From positions 1 to 64,000 of IMG/VR virus record IMGVR_UViG_3300042923_000569: a stretch of 64,000 nt of DNA; one strand, 5' to 3'. The translations under genes and the position numbers were made by a program. The notes beneath the pieces were generated by a model, which saw nothing but the letters and a program-made list of their open reading frames with translations, was not told the DNA's origin and did not search any database. Below are positions 22,412-31,715 of this stretch, piece by piece (the stretch's first letter is position 1; every line of letters begins with the position of its first letter).

Positions 22412-23218
22412 TTATTTAGTTATGAAACCTTCTTCTTCTAAGAAGTTCAATACTTTTGTACGTAAGTCGCTTGCTTTCCTTTTATGTTCAGCAATAACTC
22501 CATCCAATTCTTGTGCCTTATCGTACCGTGATTCTTTAAGTACATTCTGACGTTGTTTAGCAGCTTCAATTGCTTCTTTAACAACTTTGGTATATTGAAT
22601 ACCTGAACTGATAATACCTAGAACTTTAGGATCAGTTAATGTTTTTCCAGCGTTCAAAAGATTACGAAGTGCAATTGCAGATTCATACATCATGATATTA
22701 TCAAGAATGATCTGATTCGTTGCATTACATTTAACACTATACGTTTTTGCATTTTTCATTCCAAGTACGTATTCTTCAATAATCGACCAGTGTAAACCCG
22801 GTTGATATGGCCTTTGTGTAGGCTGTACTGGAGTGTTGGTAGTTTGTGGATTGACCTGCCGCATTCTTACTTGAATTGGAGATTCAATATATTCCTCTCC
22901 TTCGTCTGGTATATATCTACCATATATACTGTCTAGGTCGGTGGACTCATCCATAAAGCCACCTTGATCATAAAATTGTGCATCTTCTTGATGAAGATTA
23001 CCATATTCACCAGTTAAATCATTTAGTGAATGTAAAAGGTTTTTTGTTTCAGCAAGATTAACCTGTGCAAAATCATTAACGAAAGTACTTCCGTCAGCTA
23101 ATCTTGTAGTTTTAGGTACGGCACGACCTTCCTCGATATCATCAAATGCAGACATGATATCAGACATAAGATCTACACCCTGTTTACGTTGTTCATATTC
23201 GCCATAATCGTCACTCAT
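22412..23218 (-). CDS. Hypothetical conserved protein
   Basis: Long ORF in late cluster. Confidence 0.6.
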   Translation of the reverse strand: MSDDYGEYEQRKQGVDLMSDIMSAFDDIEEGRAVPKTTRLADGSTFVNDFAQVNLAETKNLLHSLNDLTGEYGNLHQEDAQFYDQGGFMDESTDLDSIYGRYIPDEGEEYIESPIQVRMRQVNPQTTNTPVQPTQRPYQPGLHWSIIEEYVLGMKNAKTYSVKCNATNQIILDNIMMYESAIALRNLLNAGKTLTDPKVLGIISSGIQYTKVVKEAIEAAKQRQNVLKESRYDKAQELDGVIAEHKRKASDLRTKVLNFLEEEGFITK

Positions 23219-23433
23219 TGCTTACTCCTTTTAATTGATACAAAATATTCAGTGTCGCCATCTTCATCTATATTTAATACTCCACGAGATACGAGTTTAT
23301 AACCCAACTCTTGGTAATACTCTCCTAAAGATTCAACATCAACTCGAATATTTGCATCAATCTTTTTTAACAAACGGTATTCTTCATTAGATACAATAAT
23401 AGAATAACCATTTTTTGTATCTACTGATCTCAT
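23215..23433 (-). CDS. Hypothetical protein (72 aa)
   Basis: Coupled by TAATG/ATGA overlaps; LVSRGVL motif. Confidence 0.6.
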   Translation of the reverse strand: MRSVDTKNGYSIIVSNEEYRLLKKIDANIRVDVESLGEYYQELGYKLVSRGVLNIDEDGDTEYFVSIKRSKQ

Positions 23434-24350
23434 TAACGACCTCTCATACGTGAACAGAAGTCGATGATTTGTGAAAGTACTTCATCAGCATTATGCATAC
23501 CTTCGTTACCTTCAACTGATTCTTCACCAGAGGTATTCTCTTCACCTTCAATATCACCAATAGCCTGTGCCAGTTGGCCCATACTTGGTTGTTCATGAGT
23601 TAGTGGTGAACTTGTTTGTTCAACATGTGCAACATCAGGTGGTGCCATAACATCTTCAGAATCATTTTCTTCATATTCAGCTTCTTGAACAGGCTGAACA
23701 TCATCTAAACCAAAAACACTTAGTTGGTTTGATTGATTAGGATCTTTAGTTACTACTAAGGTTTGGTCAGTAGTAGGGCCAACGTCCACACCAACAACTG
23801 GTTCAATATCAGTTGAACCTGTAGAATTACCAGGGACAGTAACTTTAAAGTTCTGATTATTAGCATTTTGCTGTAGTTGAGTTTGTTTTAACTTAGCAGC
23901 AGTTTGTGGATTGATTTGTGTTTGTTGGGTATTAGTATTCTTTTGATTAATCTGATTAGCAGATAAAGTACTTGCTAAATCTTCATTAAGTTCATCAAAA
24001 ACTAAAGTTTTAATTTCAGCTAATGTTAGATGAGAATTTTCACGCAATGCAAAAGTACAATGCTGCTTGAAGAAACGTTCTAATTCATTTACTGATAGTT
24101 TATTCAAAGAACTTACTTCAGCAGATTCATTAATCTTAGTATTTGTGAACAACTTATAACTCTCACTCATACGTGCTTTGTACTTTTGAAGTACTTGCAT
24201 AATAGCTCGGTTATCAGAGTTATCCATTGCTTGATTGATTTCGACGAAATCACCAGCATCCATAGAATTTAGTGCCTGGTTTACATCCATCTGTAAACCG
24301 TTTGCATCAGCAAATTTTTGCAATTCCTGTGCAGTTTGTTGTATATCCAT
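23433..24350 (-). CDS. Hypothetical Q/N-rich, probable head-associated protein
   Basis: MSES/INES/LNED motifs, low complexity. Confidence 0.6.
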   Translation of the reverse strand: MDIQQTAQELQKFADANGLQMDVNQALNSMDAGDFVEINQAMDNSDNRAIMQVLQKYKARMSESYKLFTNTKINESAEVSSLNKLSVNELERFFKQHCTFALRENSHLTLAEIKTLVFDELNEDLASTLSANQINQKNTNTQQTQINPQTAAKLKQTQLQQNANNQNFKVTVPGNSTGSTDIEPVVGVDVGPTTDQTLVVTKDPNQSNQLSVFGLDDVQPVQEAEYEENDSEDVMAPPDVAHVEQTSSPLTHEQPSMGQLAQAIGDIEGEENTSGEESVEGNEGMHNADEVLSQIIDFCSRMRGR

Positions 24351-24395
24351 ATTATCTCCAAAAAGAAAAACCTTTTCTGTACATGATGATATTTA

Positions 24396-24794
24396 TCATG
24401 TACGGGAAAAGGTTTGCTTTGTGATGCTGATATTTCGCTCGGTTGTCGTATTATTAAATTTAGTTAGTCTAGTTCCATTAACTTCGGTAGGAAGAACTAA
24501 TGGAACACCCATAACTTTAATATCAACATTCATTGGCAGTGCAAATTTAAAAGTACTAACAACACATTCTCCCCACACTGACGGAAGATTGTAAAATGAT
24601 GAATTGTTGTTCTTACTTAAGTCAACCTCAGTTCGAACAACACTTACCATCATTGGTCTATCGAATTCCATAACACATTCAATTAGTCTAGACAGATTCA
24701 TTGCACCGGTAAACGTACCATCCACGATAGGAGGTGTTAGTCCATCACCAATATCAACTACTGTGTTGATCGTATAAAATGTATAGGAAATCAT
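24396..24794 (-). CDS. Hypothetical protein (start moved to MISYTF)
   Basis: The track start at 24839 lies inside the 54-aa upstream gene; ATG 24794 follows its stop with SD AAGGA. Confidence 0.55.
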   Translation of the reverse strand: MISYTFYTINTVVDIGDGLTPPIVDGTFTGAMNLSRLIECVMEFDRPMMVSVVRTEVDLSKNNNSSFYNLPSVWGECVVSTFKFALPMNVDIKVMGVPLVLPTEVNGTRLTKFNNTTTERNISITKQTFSRT

Positions 24795-24795
24795 G

Positions 24796-24960
24796 TTAGT
24801 CCTTTTTCTTAGATGTTTGCTTGTATTCTTTATATCCAAAGAAATTAGATTTAGGTAAACGTGTTACTAATGGAAAATGTAATCCAGAACTAACAGACGC
24901 AATACCACCAGCACTCGTTGCACCGGCTGATGCATTTTCATCAATCTTTTTATTTTTCAT
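24796..24960 (-). CDS. Unannotated 54-aa protein resembling the mature major-capsid N-terminus
   Basis: MKNKKIDENASAGATSAGGIASVSSGLHFPLVTRLPKSNFFGYKEYKQTSKKKD; fills the gap exactly. Confidence 0.8.
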   Translation of the reverse strand: MKNKKIDENASAGATSAGGIASVSSGLHFPLVTRLPKSNFFGYKEYKQTSKKKD

Positions 24961-24961
24961 A

Positions 24962-25231
24962 TTAATTACCTTTGTTCTTACGTTTATCTGTTAGGGCTAT
25001 GTTTTCAAGACCCTTTTCGAATTTACGATAGTCCCGGTTCTTAATACTCAAATAAAGACGCCGGGTTAAATCCTCAGCATCTTCTTCATCAAATTCTTCT
25101 TCAATACTGTCAAGAAGATTAATAATCGAATTTATTGCATGATCTGCACGATTACCAATGCTCTGTAACTTATCTTTATCGTTAGTATAGTTCATTATAC
25201 TATCTAAAAAATTGTGCTTGTTTTTTGACAT
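24962..25231 (-). CDS. Hypothetical helical protein (89 aa)
   Basis: Tight operon packing. Confidence 0.6.
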   Translation of the reverse strand: MSKNKHNFLDSIMNYTNDKDKLQSIGNRADHAINSIINLLDSIEEEFDEEDAEDLTRRLYLSIKNRDYRKFEKGLENIALTDKRKNKGN

Positions 25232-25233
25232 AA

Positions 25234-26724
25234 TTACGTCCTACCATTCAAAAAGTTTCGCATACTGGAAACCTTGTCTTGAGCCTTTGGTGTATTTATG
25301 TCTGTCGAATCAGTACTGGTCAAATTTTGAGTAACCGGTTTTTTGGTTACTTGGGTAAGCTTATTTGATAATGCACCCAATGCAGATTGTCCTGGTAGTG
25401 TAGGAGTTGCCATTACGCCACCTTTACCAACACGACCTTTACCACTATGTTTGAATTTGGAGTTAATTTCCATTTCTTGAATAGTTTGTGGATGGTCTAG
25501 TACTCGCAATGAATCAATATCATAAGACATTACAAGTTTAGAACCTACTGCGGAGCTGTTACGTGTTTTCTGGAAGTCAAATACCATTTCACCACGTTCT
25601 TTACGTGCATCGATGTAAATTACGTTATCTGCGGTATAGATTTTGGAAATACCACCTGCGATCTGTGCTTGGCTCTTAACATCTTCACCACTAACACCAG
25701 AACGGTTGAACTGACATGCTGTAAAGACGGTTAAATCCATTTTCATAGCAAGAGCACGTAATTCTTCAGATACAAACTTATCTTTTACAAACGCATTTGA
25801 TTTATCATTGGGTCCACAACGGTCAGAAGTTAATAGATCAAGGTAATCGACACAAACATAATCAAGTTTTACACCAGTTTTAATCTGTAGTTCACGAATA
25901 TAACTTTCAATGTCATTAACAGTACTGACTGATTCTGGTAAACGGTGAATACGTAGCTTACCGTTTGTTTTTTCTTCAATTTTAACTTTTGCAGCAGTTT
26001 CGCTAATATCAACCTTAACACGACCCTGAGCAGTATCAACCATCATACCGTAGATACGTACTGCTACTAGTTCTTTAGCAAGTTCTAGTGAGATATAGGC
26101 ACCATTAAGACCAGCTTTACTGAAGTTTACTGCTAAGTTTTGTAGTACTACTGATTTACCACCACCTGATGCAGCAGCGAAGATTTCTAACTCCTGACGA
26201 CCAAAACCACCGAACAATTTATAGTCCAATGTTTCCCAGCCAGATTTGAAACTGCCTTGCATATCAGCTAGAGAGCTAATTACTTCTTCTGGATTTTCAT
26301 AAATGTCCAAACCTAAATCATTTTGGACTGTTACAAGCATAGCTTCACGAATAAGTTCTTCGATTCCACCGTAACGCTTTTGGTTAACGAGTTCCATTCC
26401 TTGCTGAATTGCTAAAGCAAGTGCTTTATGACGACAAAATTCACCAACACTATCAAGTACTGCTTGTTGATTTAATTCCTGTACTGGCGTTTCAGTATAA
26501 ACACCATCAGCGTTATGTTTAATGTCATTAAGCGTAGGAGCCACGTTGTACTTTGTTGAATAATCATGTACATATTGAATACTTGGTGCGAATTCCTTAT
26601 CAAAGTATTCAGGCTTTAGGACATTCTTGCACCGAACATATAGATCCGGTGTACTAAAAATCTGTGATAGAAGATATAGTTGATATTGAATGTCGTATTT
26701 TCTTACGTCCGTGTTAGTTGCCAT
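25234..26724 (-). CDS. gp41: DnaB-like replicative helicase
   Basis: AASGGGKS, YISLEL, CVDYLDL, TACQFNR, AGGISKIYTAD, KTRNS. Confidence 0.93.
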   Translation of the reverse strand: MATNTDVRKYDIQYQLYLLSQIFSTPDLYVRCKNVLKPEYFDKEFAPSIQYVHDYSTKYNVAPTLNDIKHNADGVYTETPVQELNQQAVLDSVGEFCRHKALALAIQQGMELVNQKRYGGIEELIREAMLVTVQNDLGLDIYENPEEVISSLADMQGSFKSGWETLDYKLFGGFGRQELEIFAAASGGGKSVVLQNLAVNFSKAGLNGAYISLELAKELVAVRIYGMMVDTAQGRVKVDISETAAKVKIEEKTNGKLRIHRLPESVSTVNDIESYIRELQIKTGVKLDYVCVDYLDLLTSDRCGPNDKSNAFVKDKFVSEELRALAMKMDLTVFTACQFNRSGVSGEDVKSQAQIAGGISKIYTADNVIYIDARKERGEMVFDFQKTRNSSAVGSKLVMSYDIDSLRVLDHPQTIQEMEINSKFKHSGKGRVGKGGVMATPTLPGQSALGALSNKLTQVTKKPVTQNLTSTDSTDINTPKAQDKVSSMRNFLNGRT

Positions 26725-26731
26725 TAAAACC

Positions 26732-27778
26732 TCAAATCCATTTGTCTGTTTGTACTCTTATGTCGAATCTGTCAGTGAATATGCTTTTATGTAGAAGTTG
26801 TAAACAAAACAACCTTCCGTACTTTGCACATGCCTCATCAAAATCCTTTATGTGACGAATTCCATTTTCATCACGAACTGTTCCGAAATCAGGCATTGCT
26901 ACACTGAATCCGTTTTCTATAGCTTGTTCTATTGTGACTAAACCATCCTTATCACGATCTGGAACAATAACTATATTTTTTCCACGTTCAGAGGCTTTAT
27001 GCAACAATTCTAATTGTGCAGAACTCATGAAGTAGTTATTAGAAGCCATGCCGCCCATTAATGCTGCGTCAATTGGTCCTTCTCCGACAAGAATAGTTTG
27101 TATTCTGTCATCATTTAGTAAATCGAAGTTATAAAAAATGCTCGTGCTAACTTGATTACGATATCTGTACTGACTATCTTTATCAATATGACGAGCGGTA
27201 TAACCGATAATGTTTCCATTCATATAGTACGGAATTATGAATCTCTGAAACATATAAAATTCTTTAGACGGACTCCAGTACAAATCTAAGTCCAACAGAT
27301 AGGGATTACGCTCATTTACTGCATTTACAACTTTAATAAAATCTGGCGGTATGTTTTCCATATTCACCCATTCTAAAAAAGGCTTTGCATCGCTTGGCAT
27401 CTCTCTCTGTACGATTTTCTGATATAACTTAGACGCAGCAGTATCCTGTACTTCATAGTCTCCACTTTCAACCATCTCTTTTGCAATTAACTTAATTGCA
27501 GCGAGTTGTTTATCGTTTGCACCATAAGAATTAAGAAGCGTTTCCATATCACGACTTAAGTATCTTCCAGGCGACCATCCAGTTTTTAAGTGGCAGTTAA
27601 AACAGTTATAGGTAACGGAACCATCGTTTCTAAACATATGGTTTCCGCGACCCTTGGTATCTGGTCTTGATTGCCCTCTGTACACACAAGCAGGGCAATT
27701 GTGTTGATTCCAGCGGTCCATTATTGGTGCCGGATCATGCATAATTGATGATATAATATCTTGTATCTGATTCATCAT
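26732..27778 (-). CDS. gp61: DNA primase
   Basis: Zn finger CPAC...CFNC; IIPY...GYTAR; TOPRIM EGPIDA, PDRDKDG, KDFD. Confidence 0.9.
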   Translation of the reverse strand: MMNQIQDIISSIMHDPAPIMDRWNQHNCPACVYRGQSRPDTKGRGNHMFRNDGSVTYNCFNCHLKTGWSPGRYLSRDMETLLNSYGANDKQLAAIKLIAKEMVESGDYEVQDTAASKLYQKIVQREMPSDAKPFLEWVNMENIPPDFIKVVNAVNERNPYLLDLDLYWSPSKEFYMFQRFIIPYYMNGNIIGYTARHIDKDSQYRYRNQVSTSIFYNFDLLNDDRIQTILVGEGPIDAALMGGMASNNYFMSSAQLELLHKASERGKNIVIVPDRDKDGLVTIEQAIENGFSVAMPDFGTVRDENGIRHIKDFDEACAKYGRLFCLQLLHKSIFTDRFDIRVQTDKWI

Positions 27779-27810
27779 TCATATCCTATGTCTGTGTCAG
27801 TACTTTGATT

Positions 27811-27839
27811 ATTATACCATAAATCTTAAATCTATTTCA
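27811..27839 (-). promoter_or_regulatory. TGAAAC-class promoter, TGAAAT variant (primase-helicase)
   Basis: TGAAAT-17-TATAAT, TGg. Confidence 0.7.
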
Positions 27840-27840
27840 T

Positions 27841-28812
27841 TTATCTACGGATCAAAATCTTAGGAATCGTACTTAAAGGATTGTAGTCTTTCTTTACGAT
27901 ATTAGGAGGGAAATTTTGAACAATTGGTGGAATAAGAGAAACAACTCTAAGCCACATTAACTGTCCACGGAAATTGAATGTCTGAATTCCATCTAAAGGA
28001 ATTGGAACACCATTAACATCAAAATCATTCTCGATGTAATCTTTACCGTCTAATTTAATAATGAACCATTTATAATCTTCTGCGTCTTTAGGAGTTTCAT
28101 TTAATAAACAACCCTGTAATTGAACGCGTCCAATGAAATTACGGAAATAATAAGCAACAGTACTTAATCCATCAACAAGTCCATATTGTGCAGCCGCTCT
28201 GATAGCAGAACTATGAAGAACATCAAAGTCTCCAACAACACCATTAGAAATAGGTTTTTGTTCTTTATCTTTGATTGGCAACCATGATGGATTATGGGTT
28301 GCACTAATTTCTTGACTTGGTGTAAATGTAGGTGCTGCAAGATTACTGATAATTAATTCAGAACTTGCCTCAAATCCTAATCCCGTATATAAGTATTCAG
28401 TAGGTTCAATAAGACTTCCGTCCATTGTTACTTTAGTAATACTCCAACGATATTTAGATCCTACGCTTAGGTCTTGTATAACACCTGCCGGTACTAAACA
28501 CCCATAATACACTTTTTGTTTGTTATTAATTGTAGGTCTTGCTTGTCCAGCTTCTGATACCCATGATGGTAGAACTTTCTCAAGTACCGTTTCAAAGATA
28601 CGTGTATCGCTTCGTGCATCATATATATTGAAGACTAGATATTGATTATCACTAATCAATGTATATTTTCCATCAGCATTATGTATGGTAAAGCTTAATG
28701 GATTGTTTGCACCTTTATAAATTGTAAGTTTCTCATTATTGAATGGCATATTGAAATTGCCTAGAGATACTTCATTGTTATAAGGATACATGTAAACGCC
28801 GTGATGTGCCAT
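27841..28812 (-). CDS. Hypothetical late/structural protein
   Basis: Beta-rich; late promoter at 28851. Confidence 0.55.
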   Translation of the reverse strand: MAHHGVYMYPYNNEVSLGNFNMPFNNEKLTIYKGANNPLSFTIHNADGKYTLISDNQYLVFNIYDARSDTRIFETVLEKVLPSWVSEAGQARPTINNKQKVYYGCLVPAGVIQDLSVGSKYRWSITKVTMDGSLIEPTEYLYTGLGFEASSELIISNLAAPTFTPSQEISATHNPSWLPIKDKEQKPISNGVVGDFDVLHSSAIRAAAQYGLVDGLSTVAYYFRNFIGRVQLQGCLLNETPKDAEDYKWFIIKLDGKDYIENDFDVNGVPIPLDGIQTFNFRGQLMWLRVVSLIPPIVQNFPPNIVKKDYNPLSTIPKILIRR

Positions 28813-28822
28813 GTGTAACCTC

Positions 28823-28856
28823 TATAAATAATATATATTATCAATAACAATATTTA
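28823..28856. promoter_or_regulatory. Face-to-face late promoters: TATAAATA (+, 28823-28830) and TAAATA (-, 28851-28856)
   Basis: Each hexamer points across the other toward its own gene. Confidence 0.55.
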
Positions 28857-28866
28857 TGGAAGTCCT

Positions 28867-29220
28867 ATGAATGAACACAAAACTTATCCGTTCGTGACGG
28901 TCATAGAGCACGACGAGGTAATCTACTACGGAATCATTAAGATTAAGAGTAAACAATATATGACTTTGTATTGCTTTTCTGAAATGGATGAATCCAATCA
29001 AGAAGAACTGTTACTATTAGCGAATAACTGGTGGTGGCAAAGTAATCGAACAATTCCTATTTGCTTGTTTATGCAAGAAGAAATGGAAAAATTTGAACCT
29101 TATACTAAACGATTTAATACTGACCAAGTTAAAGTACACTCAGGTCCAGTAATATCATTAAGTGATCTACCGACAAAACGAATCAAACGCCGCAATGTTG
29201 CACTCAAGAAGAAGAAATAA
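28867..29220 (+). CDS. Hypothetical conserved protein
   Basis: YPF..., WWWQSNR.IPI, GP..SL, basic tail. Confidence 0.7.
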   Translation: MNEHKTYPFVTVIEHDEVIYYGIIKIKSKQYMTLYCFSEMDESNQEELLLLANNWWWQSNRTIPICLFMQEEMEKFEPYTKRFNTDQVKVHSGPVISLSDLPTKRIKRRNVALKKKK

Positions 29221-29854
29221 TAAATTCTACTAGAGCGTTTAACTGTACAACAATCATCAAACTATATGCATAAGCATGAGGCTTTTTAAAGTACCTTAAC
29301 TTTTTACCTTCTGCGTCAAGCCCAATACTATCATAATCCCAAATCACAGCACGCACTTCATCCCAACTATTCATACTCTGACACTGACGTTTCCCAGGAC
29401 GGATCATTGCAATAAACATTGCAAGTTCATCAATGCTACGTGGACGCCATATATTAAGTAAAGTTATATGCTTCTTAATCTGTGATAATTCTTCTACGAA
29501 TTCTGGCACTAATAATAGATCCCAATCCGGCTCTTTGTTCATTAATTCCTTCAGGTGATCCCTATCACGCACATGTTCGTAAGCCGACTGAGAAAGAATA
29601 TCAACTTTTTGGTATCCTAATCTTTCGGCTTCTTTGTATTGAATACTAGCTAATCCACTAATAGGATCTACTGGTATATTATCAAAATGCACGCCACTAT
29701 TATGCGGGAATAACCCATCTTCCGTAATTCTCTCAACACTTCTAGTACAAGGTAGTTGCTCAATCACAGACTTTCCATCTTTGAAATCAATATCAATATC
29801 TGTTCTTGCTTTACGGTAATTAATAACCTGAGTATTCTTGTGATCCATATCCAT
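29204..29854 (-). CDS. Miniature DnaE/PolIII-alpha catalytic core (216 aa)
   Basis: TDIDIDF, HNSGV, GYQKVDIL, LAMFIAMIRPG, FKKPHAYAY in DnaE order. Confidence 0.85.
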   Translation of the reverse strand: MDMDHKNTQVINYRKARTDIDIDFKDGKSVIEQLPCTRSVERITEDGLFPHNSGVHFDNIPVDPISGLASIQYKEAERLGYQKVDILSQSAYEHVRDRDHLKELMNKEPDWDLLLVPEFVEELSQIKKHITLLNIWRPRSIDELAMFIAMIRPGKRQCQSMNSWDEVRAVIWDYDSIGLDAEGKKLRYFKKPHAYAYSLMIVVQLNALVEFIISSS

Positions 29855-30167
29855 TAGTAATTTCCTTCAATCTCTGAACTTCATTCTTTAATGTCTGAAC
29901 TTCACTAATCAGTACTGAGATAGCGTTATGTTGTTCTTTAATTCTATTCCGCATAGTACTTAACATATCTTCATGCCCTTTAAGGATCATAGCAACACGT
30001 TCTAGTTTAGCAGGGTCCGAAATTTGGAACTTACGATTCCCTAATGTAATCTCTGTTACTGAACCACGCTGAAGAATATCTAACTTAGACTGTGCTTGTT
30101 CTTTTAGTACTTCACTTTTCTTATCAAAACTTTCATCTGGTTTAGATGAATACATTCCTTTGCTCAT
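29820..30167 (-). CDS. Hypothetical coiled-coil protein
   Basis: Heptad-rich C-terminal half. Confidence 0.6.
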   Translation of the reverse strand: MSKGMYSSKPDESFDKKSEVLKEQAQSKLDILQRGSVTEITLGNRKFQISDPAKLERVAMILKGHEDMLSTMRNRIKEQHNAISVLISEVQTLKNEVQRLKEITNGYGSQEYSGY

Positions 30168-30892
30168 AAACCTGCCTCTACAAGTAGTTTTCTTATATCT
30201 ACCACTTCATCGCTGTATCGAATTTGAAGAATCTTGAAATATGTAGGATCGATAAATCTAGCAAGATAATCAAGTTCAGAATCTGAAAATCGATTAAGTA
30301 GTTTATTGCCACTTTCTGGAGATGCAATATATATGAGCCAGGGTGATAGTTTACCTGTCTCGAACCATAGAATTGCACGTTCGGTACTTACATTGTCAAA
30401 GAAACTCGTCCAGTCATTATCTGTAGCAACCCCCCACTCAACTAAAGCATTAATTGAGCGTTCAATTCCACGGCGTGGATGTTCATTGCGAATACATTTA
30501 ATAACCCATTCTTCATATGTTTTATGTGAACGCCATTCGTAAACGGTCATCCCACCAGTTAAAACATGTTCGATGAATTGTTCCTTATTTAGAATATCGT
30601 TCGTCAAAATATATTGAGCGAACTCATAGAAATCATTGAAGTATCGTGATTTGATAAACTGCATCAAAGGTTCTTCATTCTTTTTCATCTGGAATTTATG
30701 GGCTTCCATAAAAAGCATATACAAACGATATGCTTCACGCATTAAACGTGATTCACGATCATTATACCGGTCACGCTTGATACATGCATGAGTCAGTACT
30801 GTGTCTTCTCGTTTATATGACTTTCCACAAAATCTACATTCATAAGTAGGGGCTTTAGCAGCCCCTTTATTACTTTTTGCCATACTTTTCAC
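30164..30892 (-). CDS. Conserved protein with N-terminal Zn finger
   Basis: CRFCGKSY........HAC; GKLSPW. Confidence 0.65.
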   Translation of the reverse strand: MKSMAKSNKGAAKAPTYECRFCGKSYKREDTVLTHACIKRDRYNDRESRLMREAYRLYMLFMEAHKFQMKKNEEPLMQFIKSRYFNDFYEFAQYILTNDILNKEQFIEHVLTGGMTVYEWRSHKTYEEWVIKCIRNEHPRRGIERSINALVEWGVATDNDWTSFFDNVSTERAILWFETGKLSPWLIYIASPESGNKLLNRFSDSELDYLARFIDPTYFKILQIRYSDEVVDIRKLLVEAGL

Positions 30893-31715
30893 TTTCTGCT
30901 TTGAATAGTTTTAGAAGAGATTTAATCTCTTGTTCAGATGAACCAAGATCCTGAAGCAGTTCGCTAAAGGTTTCTTTGGTGTATCCTGCTAACAAAATTT
31001 TATATTCAGCTTCACTTAATTGTGCAGCAGTATATTCAGATTGTGTACGTTTGATAATCTCAAAAAGATTCTTATCAACGTTTTTTAAACCTTTACAATG
31101 TGGTAACCAGTTATGAGCACGCTTTTGCGGTCCAATCATTTCTGATACAGAACACATCAATTGGTAAACTAATTCAGGATGATTCTTCATTTCCCAAAAA
31201 TCTTGATTAACCATATCATTAAGTAGAATTAAGTGGTACTTAATAGTAGTGCTATCAATTAGCGATATAATTTCACTACCACCAATTCCAAATTCTTGCA
31301 TAGTACTGATTAATGCGTCAGCAGAGGATTTATCCTGGACTGCAAACTTAATACGCCAATCATACTTAGCATGTTCATACTTAGCAGCACTGATACAAAT
31401 TCCAGCATCAGTACTGTTAAATTCATCTTTTAGTTCATTAAGAGCATCTTTGCCACCGGCTGACCATTTTCCAAAGACAGTTTCAACTTTCTTTGCATTA
31501 TAAGTCACTTGAACAGAGTCGTCTAGAGAACTTACCCAACGTAAAACAATATACGGTTGGAAATGCTTCTTTTCTTTTTCGCTTAGTGTATCAAAATAAC
31601 CATAATCGGCCATATCAATCTTTTCAAGTAAAAGATTCATGTCTAATTTGGTATTTGAACCAGTAACTGAATCTTCATCCTCTGAAGTTGTTGGCAAACC
31701 GCTAAAATCGAACAT
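30870..31715 (-). CDS. gp62: Clamp-loader small subunit-like protein with an internal insertion of about 90-100 aa
   Basis: YFDTL...KKHFQPYIVLRWVSS and ND.VN..FW....HPEL...LM.......KR.H.WL. Confidence 0.55.
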   Translation of the reverse strand: MFDFSGLPTTSEDEDSVTGSNTKLDMNLLLEKIDMADYGYFDTLSEKEKKHFQPYIVLRWVSSLDDSVQVTYNAKKVETVFGKWSAGGKDALNELKDEFNSTDAGICISAAKYEHAKYDWRIKFAVQDKSSADALISTMQEFGIGGSEIISLIDSTTIKYHLILLNDMVNQDFWEMKNHPELVYQLMCSVSEMIGPQKRAHNWLPHCKGLKNVDKNLFEIIKRTQSEYTAAQLSEAEYKILLAGYTKETFSELLQDLGSSEQEIKSLLKLFKAESEKYGKK

